Positions 1 through 6,744 of a DNA stretch of 8,405 nt are shown piece by piece. Below the pieces are notes generated by a model. The model did no database searches. It saw only the letters and a program-made list of their open reading frames with translations, and was not told the origin of the DNA. Each line of letters begins with the position of its first letter. Within the stretch, counting starts at the first letter, position 1. The position numbers and the translations under genes are program-made. The stretch lies in the NCBI RefSeq assembly GCF_035285525.1, contig NZ_JAYKGW010000190.1, positions 1-8,405 of the forward strand, written 5' to 3'. The DNA comes from Okeania sp. GTDB taxonomy: Bacteria; Cyanobacteriota; Cyanobacteriia; Cyanobacteriales; Microcoleaceae.

Positions 1-68
1 TTAGTCATTCCACCATCAATGGCCTTCATAACTTTTTGTCTTAAGTCATAGCTATAAGGAGCAGGCAT
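1..68 (-). CDS. IS630-family transposase / transposase-associated HTH ORF, N-terminal 22 codons only (gene continues beyond the left edge)
   Basis: The reverse complement of 1-68 reads ATG CCT GCT CCT TAT AGC TAT GAC TTA AGA CAA AAA GTT ATG AAG GCC ATT GAT GGT GGA ATG ACT, giving MPAPYSYDLRQKVMKAIDGGMT and staying open to the edge. From memory, MPxxYSxDLRxKV is the typical N-terminus of cyanobacterial IS630-type transposase ORFs. It is absent from the ORF track because it is edge-truncated. Confidence 0.55.
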   Translation of the reverse strand, partial: MPAPYSYDLRQKVMKAIDGGMT

Positions 69-298
69 AATCTTTCCTAGATAATTTTTCGAGCATTATG
101 TCCGCGCTCTTTGCTTCGACTGCTATATAGCTATTTTATAGACAATTAATTTATTTAAGAGAGCAAAAAATCAAGAATAAGGAACTTCAAAATATAGAGC
201 AAGAACTAATAGACATCTCCAAAAAAATTAAAATCAATTATCCCATAGGAAATTATCAATTATTGCCCTCCTGGGAGCGGTTAGGGGTGAGTCAAGTA

Positions 299-366
299 TT
301 CCCAGTTAAGTGTTCCGTCTTTTCTGGAAATGTCTATTTAGGGCTTGCTGAATTATTTATCAAAGC
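299..366. repeat. Cluster of small dispersed repeat units that recur elsewhere in the window
   Basis: TTCCCAGTTAAGTGTTCC (299-316) is identical to 4886-4903. TAGGGCTTGCTGAATTATTTATCAAAG (339-366) recurs with a few mismatches at 4231-4257, and its core TAGGGCTTGC recurs inverted at 5767-5776. Confidence 0.7.
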
Positions 367-457
367 ATTGACATTCTAAAGTCTGAGCCTTTTTAGGTAT
401 GGAAAAAGTACCAGGTTTTGGCTCCTTAAAGCACAGTTGTCGAAAAATCAAAAAATA

Positions 458-612
458 AGGATTTTGGTTGACGTGAGGCACTCAAGTCAAGGGATAATTT
501 TTCCGATTGATCGGGAACCGTGTACGTCCTCTAGAATTCCTTATTCCTCTTGACTCTTCACTACTCCCTACTCCCTACCTCCACCATCAGACTGAAGAAG
601 CGCAAACCCTAT
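458..612. repeat. Copy 1 of a ~155-bp dispersed element (partner at 4500-4662)
   Basis: Both copies share, in order, AGGATTTTGG, AAGGGA, TGTACG, TTATTCCTC and CACTACT. The last 24 nt, AGACTGAAGAAGCGCAAACCCTAT, are identical (589-612 = 4639-4662). The element ends one base before the stop codon of the 613-1047 gene. Confidence 0.6.
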
Positions 613-1047
613 TTAACTGGATATCATATTACTATTAAATAACTCAAAAATTTGCTGACAGAAATATTTCACTTTAGCAGCAGATTCTGTTTGAGGTTGA
701 GTATTACCGACAAAACGCCATCCACCCACCGTTGATAACTTCCATTGTTCCCCATGATGGTCATAACCAGCAACCTCAACTCCAATTGCTCGACAATAAG
801 CTTCAATGGGGTCTTGATATAAACGAATTTGCACCAATACACAACGGCTTTCCAGAGACCTACTTCTACCAGGCAAATGAAAACCAATATCTATAGAATC
901 TGGGTCAATCAACTCTAGAGTTTCTGGGTCGTTCATCCAAGGCTTTAGATCGACCCTAACATCTGGAAACTGAGATTTGAACAAATTAACAATACTAGCA
1001 ATCTTACTAGCAACTTCAAAGTTTTTGGCTTGTTCTGCTGCATTCAC
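613..1047 (-). CDS. Hypothetical cytoplasmic protein, 144 aa, no family recognised
   Basis: The ORF comes from the track. It has a GTG start at 1047-1045, preceded by GGAGGG (complement of 1057-1062) about 9 nt upstream, and a TAA stop. Composition is balanced and protein-like, with no signal peptide or TM segment. Confidence 0.7.
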   Translation of the reverse strand: MNAAEQAKNFEVASKIASIVNLFKSQFPDVRVDLKPWMNDPETLELIDPDSIDIGFHLPGRSRSLESRCVLVQIRLYQDPIEAYCRAIGVEVAGYDHHGEQWKLSTVGGWRFVGNTQPQTESAAKVKYFCQQIFELFNSNMISS

Positions 1048-1164
1048 TATAATTTACCCTCCTCAAAAAGAAAATTCTAGGTTACTTATTAATATAACTA
1101 CAGATAAAAAACTGTGATTGTATTTTTTGGACAATTACAGCCGTTTTCATTCCTCTAGACCATT

Positions 1165-1190
1165 GTAGGGGTAGATGGCCATTTTGCTAC
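1165..1190. repeat. Degenerate copy of the GTAGGGG..ATGGCCAT..CCCCTAC palindromic small dispersed repeat
   Basis: GTAGGGGTAGATGGCCATTTTGCTAC resembles the intact palindrome at 6687-6712 but has lost its right arm. Confidence 0.4.
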
Positions 1191-1549
1191 ACTAATTTGT
1201 CTACATTTTTTCAAGTTTTGTGAGGAAAAATCTAAAGTTTTAAAGATTACAGCAATGCATGAGGATGGTGAGGTACAGTTGAAGGTTAATTTCTCTCTCT
1301 GTAACAAAACCTTCCAGGTTGTTACAGCAAACGAAGGCTCTGTTACCAAAATTGCTTTTAGTAATTTCTTGGCACTTTTTATGACCCAAAAAAGCTTTTA
1401 ATCTTGATATGTCAATGCTTTTAGATTTAATCAGCTAGCCCTATTTAAGATGAAAAATCATAAGATATGAAACCATTAGGTAGGCTTTTCATGTTACAAA
1501 ACTGCTAAAAAAATCCTGATCGCTAAAAAATCATTAGGTCAACTCTAAA

Positions 1550-1630
1550 CCTTCCTTCTTCCTTCTTCCTTCTTCCTTCTTCCTTCTTCCTTCTTCCTTC
1601 TTCCTTCTTTTTTATTCCTTCTTTTTTATT
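1550..1630. repeat. Heptamer tandem array, (CCTTCTT)x8 plus variant units TTTTATT/CCTTCTT/TTTTATT
   Basis: Eight perfect CCTTCTT units span 1554-1609, preceded by a partial CCTT. They are followed by TTTTATT (1610-1616), CCTTCTT (1617-1623) and TTTTATT (1624-1630). The last unit contains the TAA stop (1626-1628, minus strand) of the 778-aa gene. Confidence 0.95.
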
Positions 1631-3962
1631 CTGGCAACAACACTTTTGCTCTAACAAACCGTAAACCACTTACTCCTTGTAAAGCCTCTATCAAACCAGT
1701 CTCAAATTTATCTTCCACCCAACCTTCGCGAACCAAATAACGCAAATACTGTTCATATTCCTCCCACTCTTCATCTGTAGAATATACAACCGTCAACATT
1801 CCAGGTTGAGTAATGCGCTCTTGAGTATCCTTATCCACAGCCTTATCAATACGCTTTTTCACAATTTCATAACGAATATCACGACTACCTTTGACATCAA
1901 ATAATCTTTCCGTACTTTCATTGTGATAAATATCAATCGTAGAATGCTGTACTAATATCAAATGAGCAACTCCCAATATATGCTCCTCAGATTCAACCTG
2001 CAAAAGCAAAGCAGTTCTCGCACAATCACAAATTGCCCGTAGTTGATCGTAACGTAAACTATGAAGATGAAATTGATTAAACTCAGAATTAATAGATTTA
2101 CCCAAATACATCATGTGATCGATGCCATCAGTAGCTTCAAAATCACAATGGTGGGGAATAATTTGCTGCATCTGCTTTTGCCACTTTTCCCAAGTATTTT
2201 GGAGGTGATAATTAATTTTGTTTAACATCTGGTCATAGACTTCCCGTGCTTGATAAATACCATAATCAGCATTATTACAAGCAGCACAATAAGCTTGAAT
2301 AGCATCCTCAACAGTATCTCCTAATTTTACAAAATAGTCAAAGTATACCTCTAAACGACAACGTAAATATTCTAGAGCCGTCATTTCCGTATCTACTGAA
2401 ACTTTTTCTTCTAGAGACTTAATGTATTCCAACATATCTTGTCGTAGTTGCTGACACAAAGCACTATCTTGCTTTTCACAAACAGCTTCCACAATGGCTA
2501 AACCTAAACAAAACTGAGCCATGATATCACTTTGAATTGCCCGGTTACGTTCCACGGAAGAACCACGAATATCACAAATACCATACAGGGGATAAACATC
2601 CTCAAACACAATTGTTTCTGGAGGTAGTCCCCAACGTCGTCGTTCAGCTTCTTGCAAAAAGCGCCATTCTACGGCCGGATGAATATTACGAATATTAGTA
2701 AATCGCTGTTGAATTGTTTGACGAACAGCAGTTGTGAAAGCTGGAACTAATTCTTGGGCATTTTTATAATCACACAAATTAAAGTTACTAGAATTATTAC
2801 TGATTAATCCGACTATTCCCAAAATATCTGTTAATTCTAGTTCCTCTTTTGGTGAACCAGATTGAATCACTAGGGAAATTAAAATTAATGATCGAACTCC
2901 TTTTTGAAATAAATGTTGTTCAAACTCATTTGTGCAGTCTGCTTCAAATTCTGGTATATTAACAATTCGATTTTCTTTGATAGTGTTGATAATCAGAGAA
3001 CTTTGTAAACTCTCTATAGAATATTGTTTGGGATAGTTTACTCTCGTTAAAAAGTCACTGGCAACAAACAACTTGAATTGCTTTTCTCCTTCATTTCGCA
3101 ATAATATCATATCATCTGCTCGGAATAATGCTCGGATTAATTTGTCAATTTGCTCAAATTTTGCTTCCTCTATTAATGACTCTGGTTCTACTAAAAGTTG
3201 AATTAATCTTCGTGTTTTTTCTTTAACTGTGACATCTAATCCTTCTAGCAAAAGAAAACCCTCAATTTGGTAATTTTCCAATCTTAACTTTTGGGCTAAC
3301 ATTTCTAAATTTTCCCACTGTAGTAACCAAGTTAATTGTTCAGACTTTGACATTCCCTGGAGATTAAAATCCCTAAACTCATCAATTCTTTGGTCAATCC
3401 TTGTCACTTTTACTTTCTGAGGACAAAACCAAAATTCTATATACTTTGGTTCAGAATTTTCTGGGGAATTAACTGTTAATATGACTGAGAAATCTTGATA
3501 TTCCAGATATTCTGTATCTATTTGATCAACCTGTTTTAATACCCAAGACAAAACTTGTATGCGGTAAAGTTTTTCTAACTCCTGTCTATCCCCATCATTG
3601 AATAATTCATGCAGCTTAATATTTAGCGGTGTTTCCAACTTATTCCTTGGCTCCATATCCATTAATTCGCAAAAGATATCACTAGCGTATTGCAAACTCA
3701 TGGTACTAAGTTCGATTGTTGCCCTTAATATTTTGCTATGCTGAGGAGGATTTTCTAGTCGCTCTGTTATTTGTTTCCAAATTTTTAATTGCTCAATTTG
3801 ACTACTATGTTTTGGTAGTTCTGATACTAAAGCTGGCAACAGTTTTTCTATCTTGACCTGCTTGCCGTTTTGATGGTTTTGAGTTATATTTTTCTGTTCT
3901 ACTAAGGCTTTTGTATCAGAAATATGATTTTTATCTGTGCTTTTCTGTCTAAAAATCTGCAT
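1626..3962 (-). CDS. GAF-domain-containing protein, 778 aa, with a large uncharacterised C-terminal module
   Basis: This is a long uninterrupted ORF in AT-rich DNA with an ATG start at 3962 and a TAA stop. Residues ~270-420 (nt ~2703-3155) follow the GAF pattern, ending ...FQKGVRSLILISL...ILGIVGLISNNSSNFNLCDYKNAQELVPAFTTAVRQ. The C-terminal part carries IHPAVEWRFLQEA, VYPLYGICDIRGSSVERNRAIQSD and RYEIVKKRIDKA. I recall these motifs from proteins annotated only as GAF domain-containing protein. That link is from memory and has not been searched. Confidence 0.9.
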   Translation of the reverse strand: MQIFRQKSTDKNHISDTKALVEQKNITQNHQNGKQVKIEKLLPALVSELPKHSSQIEQLKIWKQITERLENPPQHSKILRATIELSTMSLQYASDIFCELMDMEPRNKLETPLNIKLHELFNDGDRQELEKLYRIQVLSWVLKQVDQIDTEYLEYQDFSVILTVNSPENSEPKYIEFWFCPQKVKVTRIDQRIDEFRDFNLQGMSKSEQLTWLLQWENLEMLAQKLRLENYQIEGFLLLEGLDVTVKEKTRRLIQLLVEPESLIEEAKFEQIDKLIRALFRADDMILLRNEGEKQFKLFVASDFLTRVNYPKQYSIESLQSSLIINTIKENRIVNIPEFEADCTNEFEQHLFQKGVRSLILISLVIQSGSPKEELELTDILGIVGLISNNSSNFNLCDYKNAQELVPAFTTAVRQTIQQRFTNIRNIHPAVEWRFLQEAERRRWGLPPETIVFEDVYPLYGICDIRGSSVERNRAIQSDIMAQFCLGLAIVEAVCEKQDSALCQQLRQDMLEYIKSLEEKVSVDTEMTALEYLRCRLEVYFDYFVKLGDTVEDAIQAYCAACNNADYGIYQAREVYDQMLNKINYHLQNTWEKWQKQMQQIIPHHCDFEATDGIDHMMYLGKSINSEFNQFHLHSLRYDQLRAICDCARTALLLQVESEEHILGVAHLILVQHSTIDIYHNESTERLFDVKGSRDIRYEIVKKRIDKAVDKDTQERITQPGMLTVVYSTDEEWEEYEQYLRYLVREGWVEDKFETGLIEALQGVSGLRFVRAKVLLPE

Positions 3963-4009
3963 ACTTTTTGCACCTGATATTTTATATTAAAATTTTTTTT
4001 ATTATATCT

Positions 4010-4097
4010 AACCTTTCGTAAGCATTCAGCTATTAGCGTTTCCGTTATGAAATTCTGAAAGAGGTTGGCTGACAATGCAGAATGCTTACAACCTTTC
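4010..4097. mobile_element. 72-bp hairpin / MITE-like micro-element (4018-4089) flanked by 8-bp direct repeats
   Basis: GTAAGCATTC (4018-4027) is the exact reverse complement of GAATGCTTAC (4080-4089), and the match extends to 13 bp with one mismatch. AACCTTTC sits immediately outside both ends (4010-4017 and 4090-4097), as a target-site duplication would. Confidence 0.45.
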
Positions 4098-4499
4098 TTT
4101 TTCTTCTACCTTCCTGCCACCAAAGTATAAGAATTAATTCAAACGAATCATCAAAAACGCCACAAAAGTAAAAGAAAATATATAAATAATGCCACTAATT
4201 TTGAAAATAGTGGCACCACAACTAATTATGTAGGGCTTGCTGATTAAATATCAAAGTTTTTACCAAAGAATTAATAATTAAATAACTAAATAATTAAATA
4301 ATTCGAGCCTTGAAGCCTCCCCTTTCAAGGGGAAAAAGCGGTCGTCAGGGGAGCTTACCGAAGGGTGAGATGGATGGGTTCCCTAACCATATCTAATCTC
4401 CCCTTGAGAAATAAATTTTTTATCCATTATCAATTATCCATTATTGAAGGGCATTGGTTTCAGCCTTTGCAGATACTAATAAAGTATCAACTTTATTGT

Positions 4500-4662
4500 A
4501 GGATTTTGGGGATTTCGAGGGGTAGAAAATAAAGGGAAGATTCTTCTGTACGGACTTTGCATAGTCCCTACTCTTCTATAATTTTTATTCCTCCTGGATT
4601 GCCGGATTGCAGGATTCTAGCTCCTCCCCACTACTAAAAGACTGAAGAAGCGCAAACCCTAT
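4500..4662. repeat. Copy 2 of the ~155-bp dispersed element (partner at 458-612)
   Basis: It has the same ordered blocks as 458-612 and the identical 24-nt terminus at 4639-4662. It is immediately followed by the first MITE-like element. Confidence 0.6.
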
Positions 4663-4798
4663 GTAGCAATCCGTGGATAGGTTGTGGCAAATCAAAAAGT
4701 AAATTAAAAAAAAACTTAAACTCCGACTTTGTTCCTGCTTCGCTATTCCCTAAAAGCTTTTGAATTTTGTACACGAATCAAATTAGGATTGCTACATA
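4660..4798. mobile_element. MITE-like element, copy 1 (~135 bp) with 11-bp perfect terminal inverted repeats and TA on both flanks
   Basis: TGTAGCAATCC (4662-4672) and GGATTGCTACA (4786-4796) are exact reverse complements. TA lies at 4660-4661 and at 4797-4798. The interior is AT-rich and has no ORF. Confidence 0.5.
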
Positions 4799-4810
4799 AT
4801 TTTATTTTTA

Positions 4811-4955
4811 TAAGTAGCAATCCGTGCATAGGTTGCGACAAATGAAAAAGTAAATAAAAAAATTGAAACTCTTGCCTGTTTCCTGTTCCCAGTTAAGTGT
4901 TCCCTAAAAGCTTTTGAATTTTCTTTCTATAGGAATGAAATAGGATTGGTATAAT
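4811..4955. mobile_element. MITE-like element, copy 2 (diverged, roughly 80% identical to copy 1 by eye) with a degenerate right end
   Basis: It starts with GTAGCAATCCGTG at 4814 and ends with GGATTGGTATA at 4943-4953. It aligns with copy 1 along its length but carries an extra TTCCCAGTTAAGTGTTCC block (4886-4903), which also occurs at 299-316. Confidence 0.4.
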
Positions 4956-4967
4956 TTTTTCCGATAA

Positions 4968-5567
4968 TTACCACAAACCTCTAATTGGTGATGTATTCGG
5001 CTCTATTATAGGTACTGGTGCTGGTTGTCTAATAGGACTTACTGGTGGTGCTTCAATCCTTGGAAACTCTATAGACCCAGGACCCTGGAAGTTATATTCT
5101 GGTAACTTCACTTCTACCCTTTCGTAGTTATAATCTGGAATAACCTTGAAGAAATCAATACAACCATAAGGGTCTTCTGTCTTATCTTCTGTCGCTTTAC
5201 CCACAACTGCATAAACCCGACTTCCAGGTACTAAACCTGCTATTTCAATGTTGTGCTTGGGCGAAAAATATAGAGTTCTTAGTTGACCGCGTTCAGAAGC
5301 AGGAATTTTGACATAAGTTGGTTCACCACTATTGCCTGCTATTCCCGCAATGCCTAATTCTTCTTCGTCCTCAACTAAAAGTGTGACTACATTACCAATA
5401 ATACCTTTAACATAGCCAATAACTTCCATTTGACTTGCTCCCAGAGAACGACTCCCTTGAGCAATTTTCTCATTTTCTGGAGCAGCTACCGCAGGATAAA
5501 TTGCTCCAAATGTGATTAATGCAGACAAGCAACCACTTGTCAAAAATTGATTTTTCCAAAGACCCAT
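4968..5567 (-). CDS. Hypothetical exported protein, 199 aa, with an N-terminal signal peptide and a Pro-rich C-terminus
   Basis: The ORF comes from the track. GAGG (complement of 5573-5576) lies 5 nt upstream of the ATG. The N-terminus MGLWKNQFLTSGCLSALITFGAIYPAVAAPE has a hydrophobic core and an AVA|AP-type cleavage motif. The C-terminal tail is proline-rich, with SPIR occurring twice. Confidence 0.8.
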   Translation of the reverse strand: MGLWKNQFLTSGCLSALITFGAIYPAVAAPENEKIAQGSRSLGASQMEVIGYVKGIIGNVVTLLVEDEEELGIAGIAGNSGEPTYVKIPASERGQLRTLYFSPKHNIEIAGLVPGSRVYAVVGKATEDKTEDPYGCIDFFKVIPDYNYERVEVKLPEYNFQGPGSIEFPRIEAPPVSPIRQPAPVPIIEPNTSPIRGLW

Positions 5568-5778
5568 GACTACCTCACAAAATCAAAATTGTGCCCTGGC
5601 CCAAAATCTGTTTTTGTCTCAAATCTCGTCCCCAAAGGCCGAGTTTTAACAGCAGGTCTAGTGGGACAGTGCTTAGTTTATTTGCTCTTTTATTCAACCT
5701 CACCCTTAAGAGGGGAATTTTTATAAAAGCTTCTGCCAAGAATTTACCACTAACACTTACTTTTTGGCAAGCCCTAAA

Positions 5779-5818
5779 CAGTTATCAGTTATCAGTTATT
5801 AGTTATCAGTGTATCAGT
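5779..5818. repeat. Heptamer tandem array, (CAGTTAT)x3 followed by degenerate units
   Basis: The units are CAGTTAT at 5779-5785, 5786-5792 and 5793-5799, then TAGTTAT, CAGTGTA and TCAGT. Confidence 0.85.
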
Positions 5819-5954
5819 AAGTCTGGCTAAAACTCCTGTCAAAACAGGATTTACGCAAATTTACGCAAAAAATGAGGCTATAGATCATCTCTAGGGTTTA
5901 AGGGCTATCGTACCTGTAGGGGTTAAGGGCCGTTAACCCCCAACTATGTCATTT

Positions 5955-5974
5955 CAGTTATCAGTTATCAGTAT
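5955..5974. repeat. Second short CAGTTAT heptamer array
   Basis: CAGTTAT CAGTTAT CAGTAT, the same unit as at 5779-5818. Confidence 0.7.
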
Positions 5975-6187
5975 CTCTAGCTGTTTGCGCAGCATGACCT
6001 AGGAAAGCAAGAGGCTTGGCACAAATAAGAAGTATTCTCTTTTTTCTCCTCTTAAAAGGGGAGGCGCATACCCACAATTTTTCGGTAAAATATTGAATCT
6101 TGGTCAGGCTGCTTGATAAGTAGGGTTTACTGAAAAAGCAGAGTGTGGGAAGGGGAGGGTGGGAAGTAAAGAGAGAGCAGAGTGAGG

Positions 6188-6208
6188 TAATTATTAATTA
6201 TTAATTAT
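6188..6208. repeat. (TAATTAT)x3 heptamer array overlapping the stop codon of the membrane-protein gene
   Basis: There are three perfect units at 6188-6194, 6195-6201 and 6202-6208. The TAA stop (complement of 6205-6207) lies in the last unit. Confidence 0.7.
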
Positions 6209-6639
6209 TCCTCAAATTCTTTGTTTCCCAACATATATTCTTTTTCAATATTAATAGATTCTATTCCTTCATTTGCCATCAACTCAAACATTGAACCTAA
6301 TTGTACCCAGATTAATAAAGCAGTGGGAAATACTACTATTGCACCTATAACCAGAGACAACCATTCCACAATATTGAATGTAGAAAGACTAGATGCTACA
6401 CATAAAAATCCAAATAAAGTTGTTCCTAAATAAGCAGCTATTATATTGGGTGTTTGATAATCTATTTTGATTGGAGAATTTTGGTCTTTCAACCAGATAC
6501 TTAGTTTATACTCCAACATATCTTTAAAAATTACTCCGAAGAGAATAGCAAACAATAATGTCAATTGAATTACTGTATAGACAGAAATATTAAAAAAAGT
6601 GTTACTATACATTTTTAGTTGATCCAGAAATATTAACAT
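6205..6639 (-). CDS. Hypothetical integral membrane protein, 144 aa, about 3 TM helices
   Basis: The ORF comes from the track. Its hydrophobic segments are ISVYTVIQLTLLFAILFGVIF, IIAAYLGTTLFGFLCVASSL and WLSLVIGAIVVFPTALLIWVQLG. There is no clear SD, and the true start could be the second ATG (Met10). Confidence 0.75.
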   Translation of the reverse strand: MLIFLDQLKMYSNTFFNISVYTVIQLTLLFAILFGVIFKDMLEYKLSIWLKDQNSPIKIDYQTPNIIAAYLGTTLFGFLCVASSLSTFNIVEWLSLVIGAIVVFPTALLIWVQLGSMFELMANEGIESINIEKEYMLGNKEFEE

Positions 6640-6686
6640 TTGTGAATCATATCATATTTTTTGAGGATTCAGAAGTAATGAATGAG

Positions 6687-6712
6687 TAGGGGCGAATGGC
6701 CATTTGCCCCTA
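6687..6712. repeat. GC-rich palindromic small dispersed repeat (hairpin)
   Basis: TAGGGGCGAATGGCCATTTGCCCCTA is a 26-nt palindrome centred on TGGCCA, with a single G/T wobble position. This GGGGCGAATGGCCATTCGCCCC type is a common dispersed repeat in Nostoc/Anabaena genomes. Confidence 0.7.
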
Positions 6713-6744
6713 TAATTAGGACTTTATAGAACCCATTAATTAGG

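Noticed and set aside
98-379. Plus-strand frame MSALFASTAI*LFYRQLIYLREQKIKNKELQNIEQELIDISKK... (94 codons with one in-frame TAG at 128-130)
   Set aside because: It could be a decayed gene next to the IS. However, there is no start after the stop, and the C-terminal third is the translation of dispersed repeats (LPSWERLGVS, FPVKCS, LGLAE). This cannot be supported without a homology search.
669-887. 72-aa minus-strand ORF from the track
   Set aside because: It is entirely nested, in another frame, inside the better-supported 613-1047 gene. It has no RBS and an odd composition (Cys/Trp/Val-rich), so it is probably a shadow ORF.
1155-1349. 64-aa minus-strand ORF from the track (TTG start)
   Set aside because: It has a weak start and no SD. 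Its C-terminus is simply the translation of a degenerate palindromic repeat (1165-1190). The opposite strand is open over the same stretch (1159-1401), so neither frame is distinguishable from chance or from an old remnant.
1550-1630. CRISPR array (also considered for 6745-6816 and the paired 135-bp units at 4660-4955)
   Set aside because: The 7- and 9-bp units are contiguous with no spacers. The 135-bp units occur only twice, are far longer than CRISPR repeats and have terminal inverted repeats. No cas genes are present.
5591-5830. 79-aa plus-strand ORF from the track (GTG start)
   Set aside because: It runs through dispersed repeats and the CAGTTAT heptamer array, which translates as SYQLSVISYQ. 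It lies in the promoter region of the divergent 199-aa gene and has no RBS.
6221-6433. 70-aa plus-strand ORF from the track
   Set aside because: It is antisense to, and fully inside, the three-TM membrane-protein gene, whose hydrophobicity pattern gives that frame much better support.
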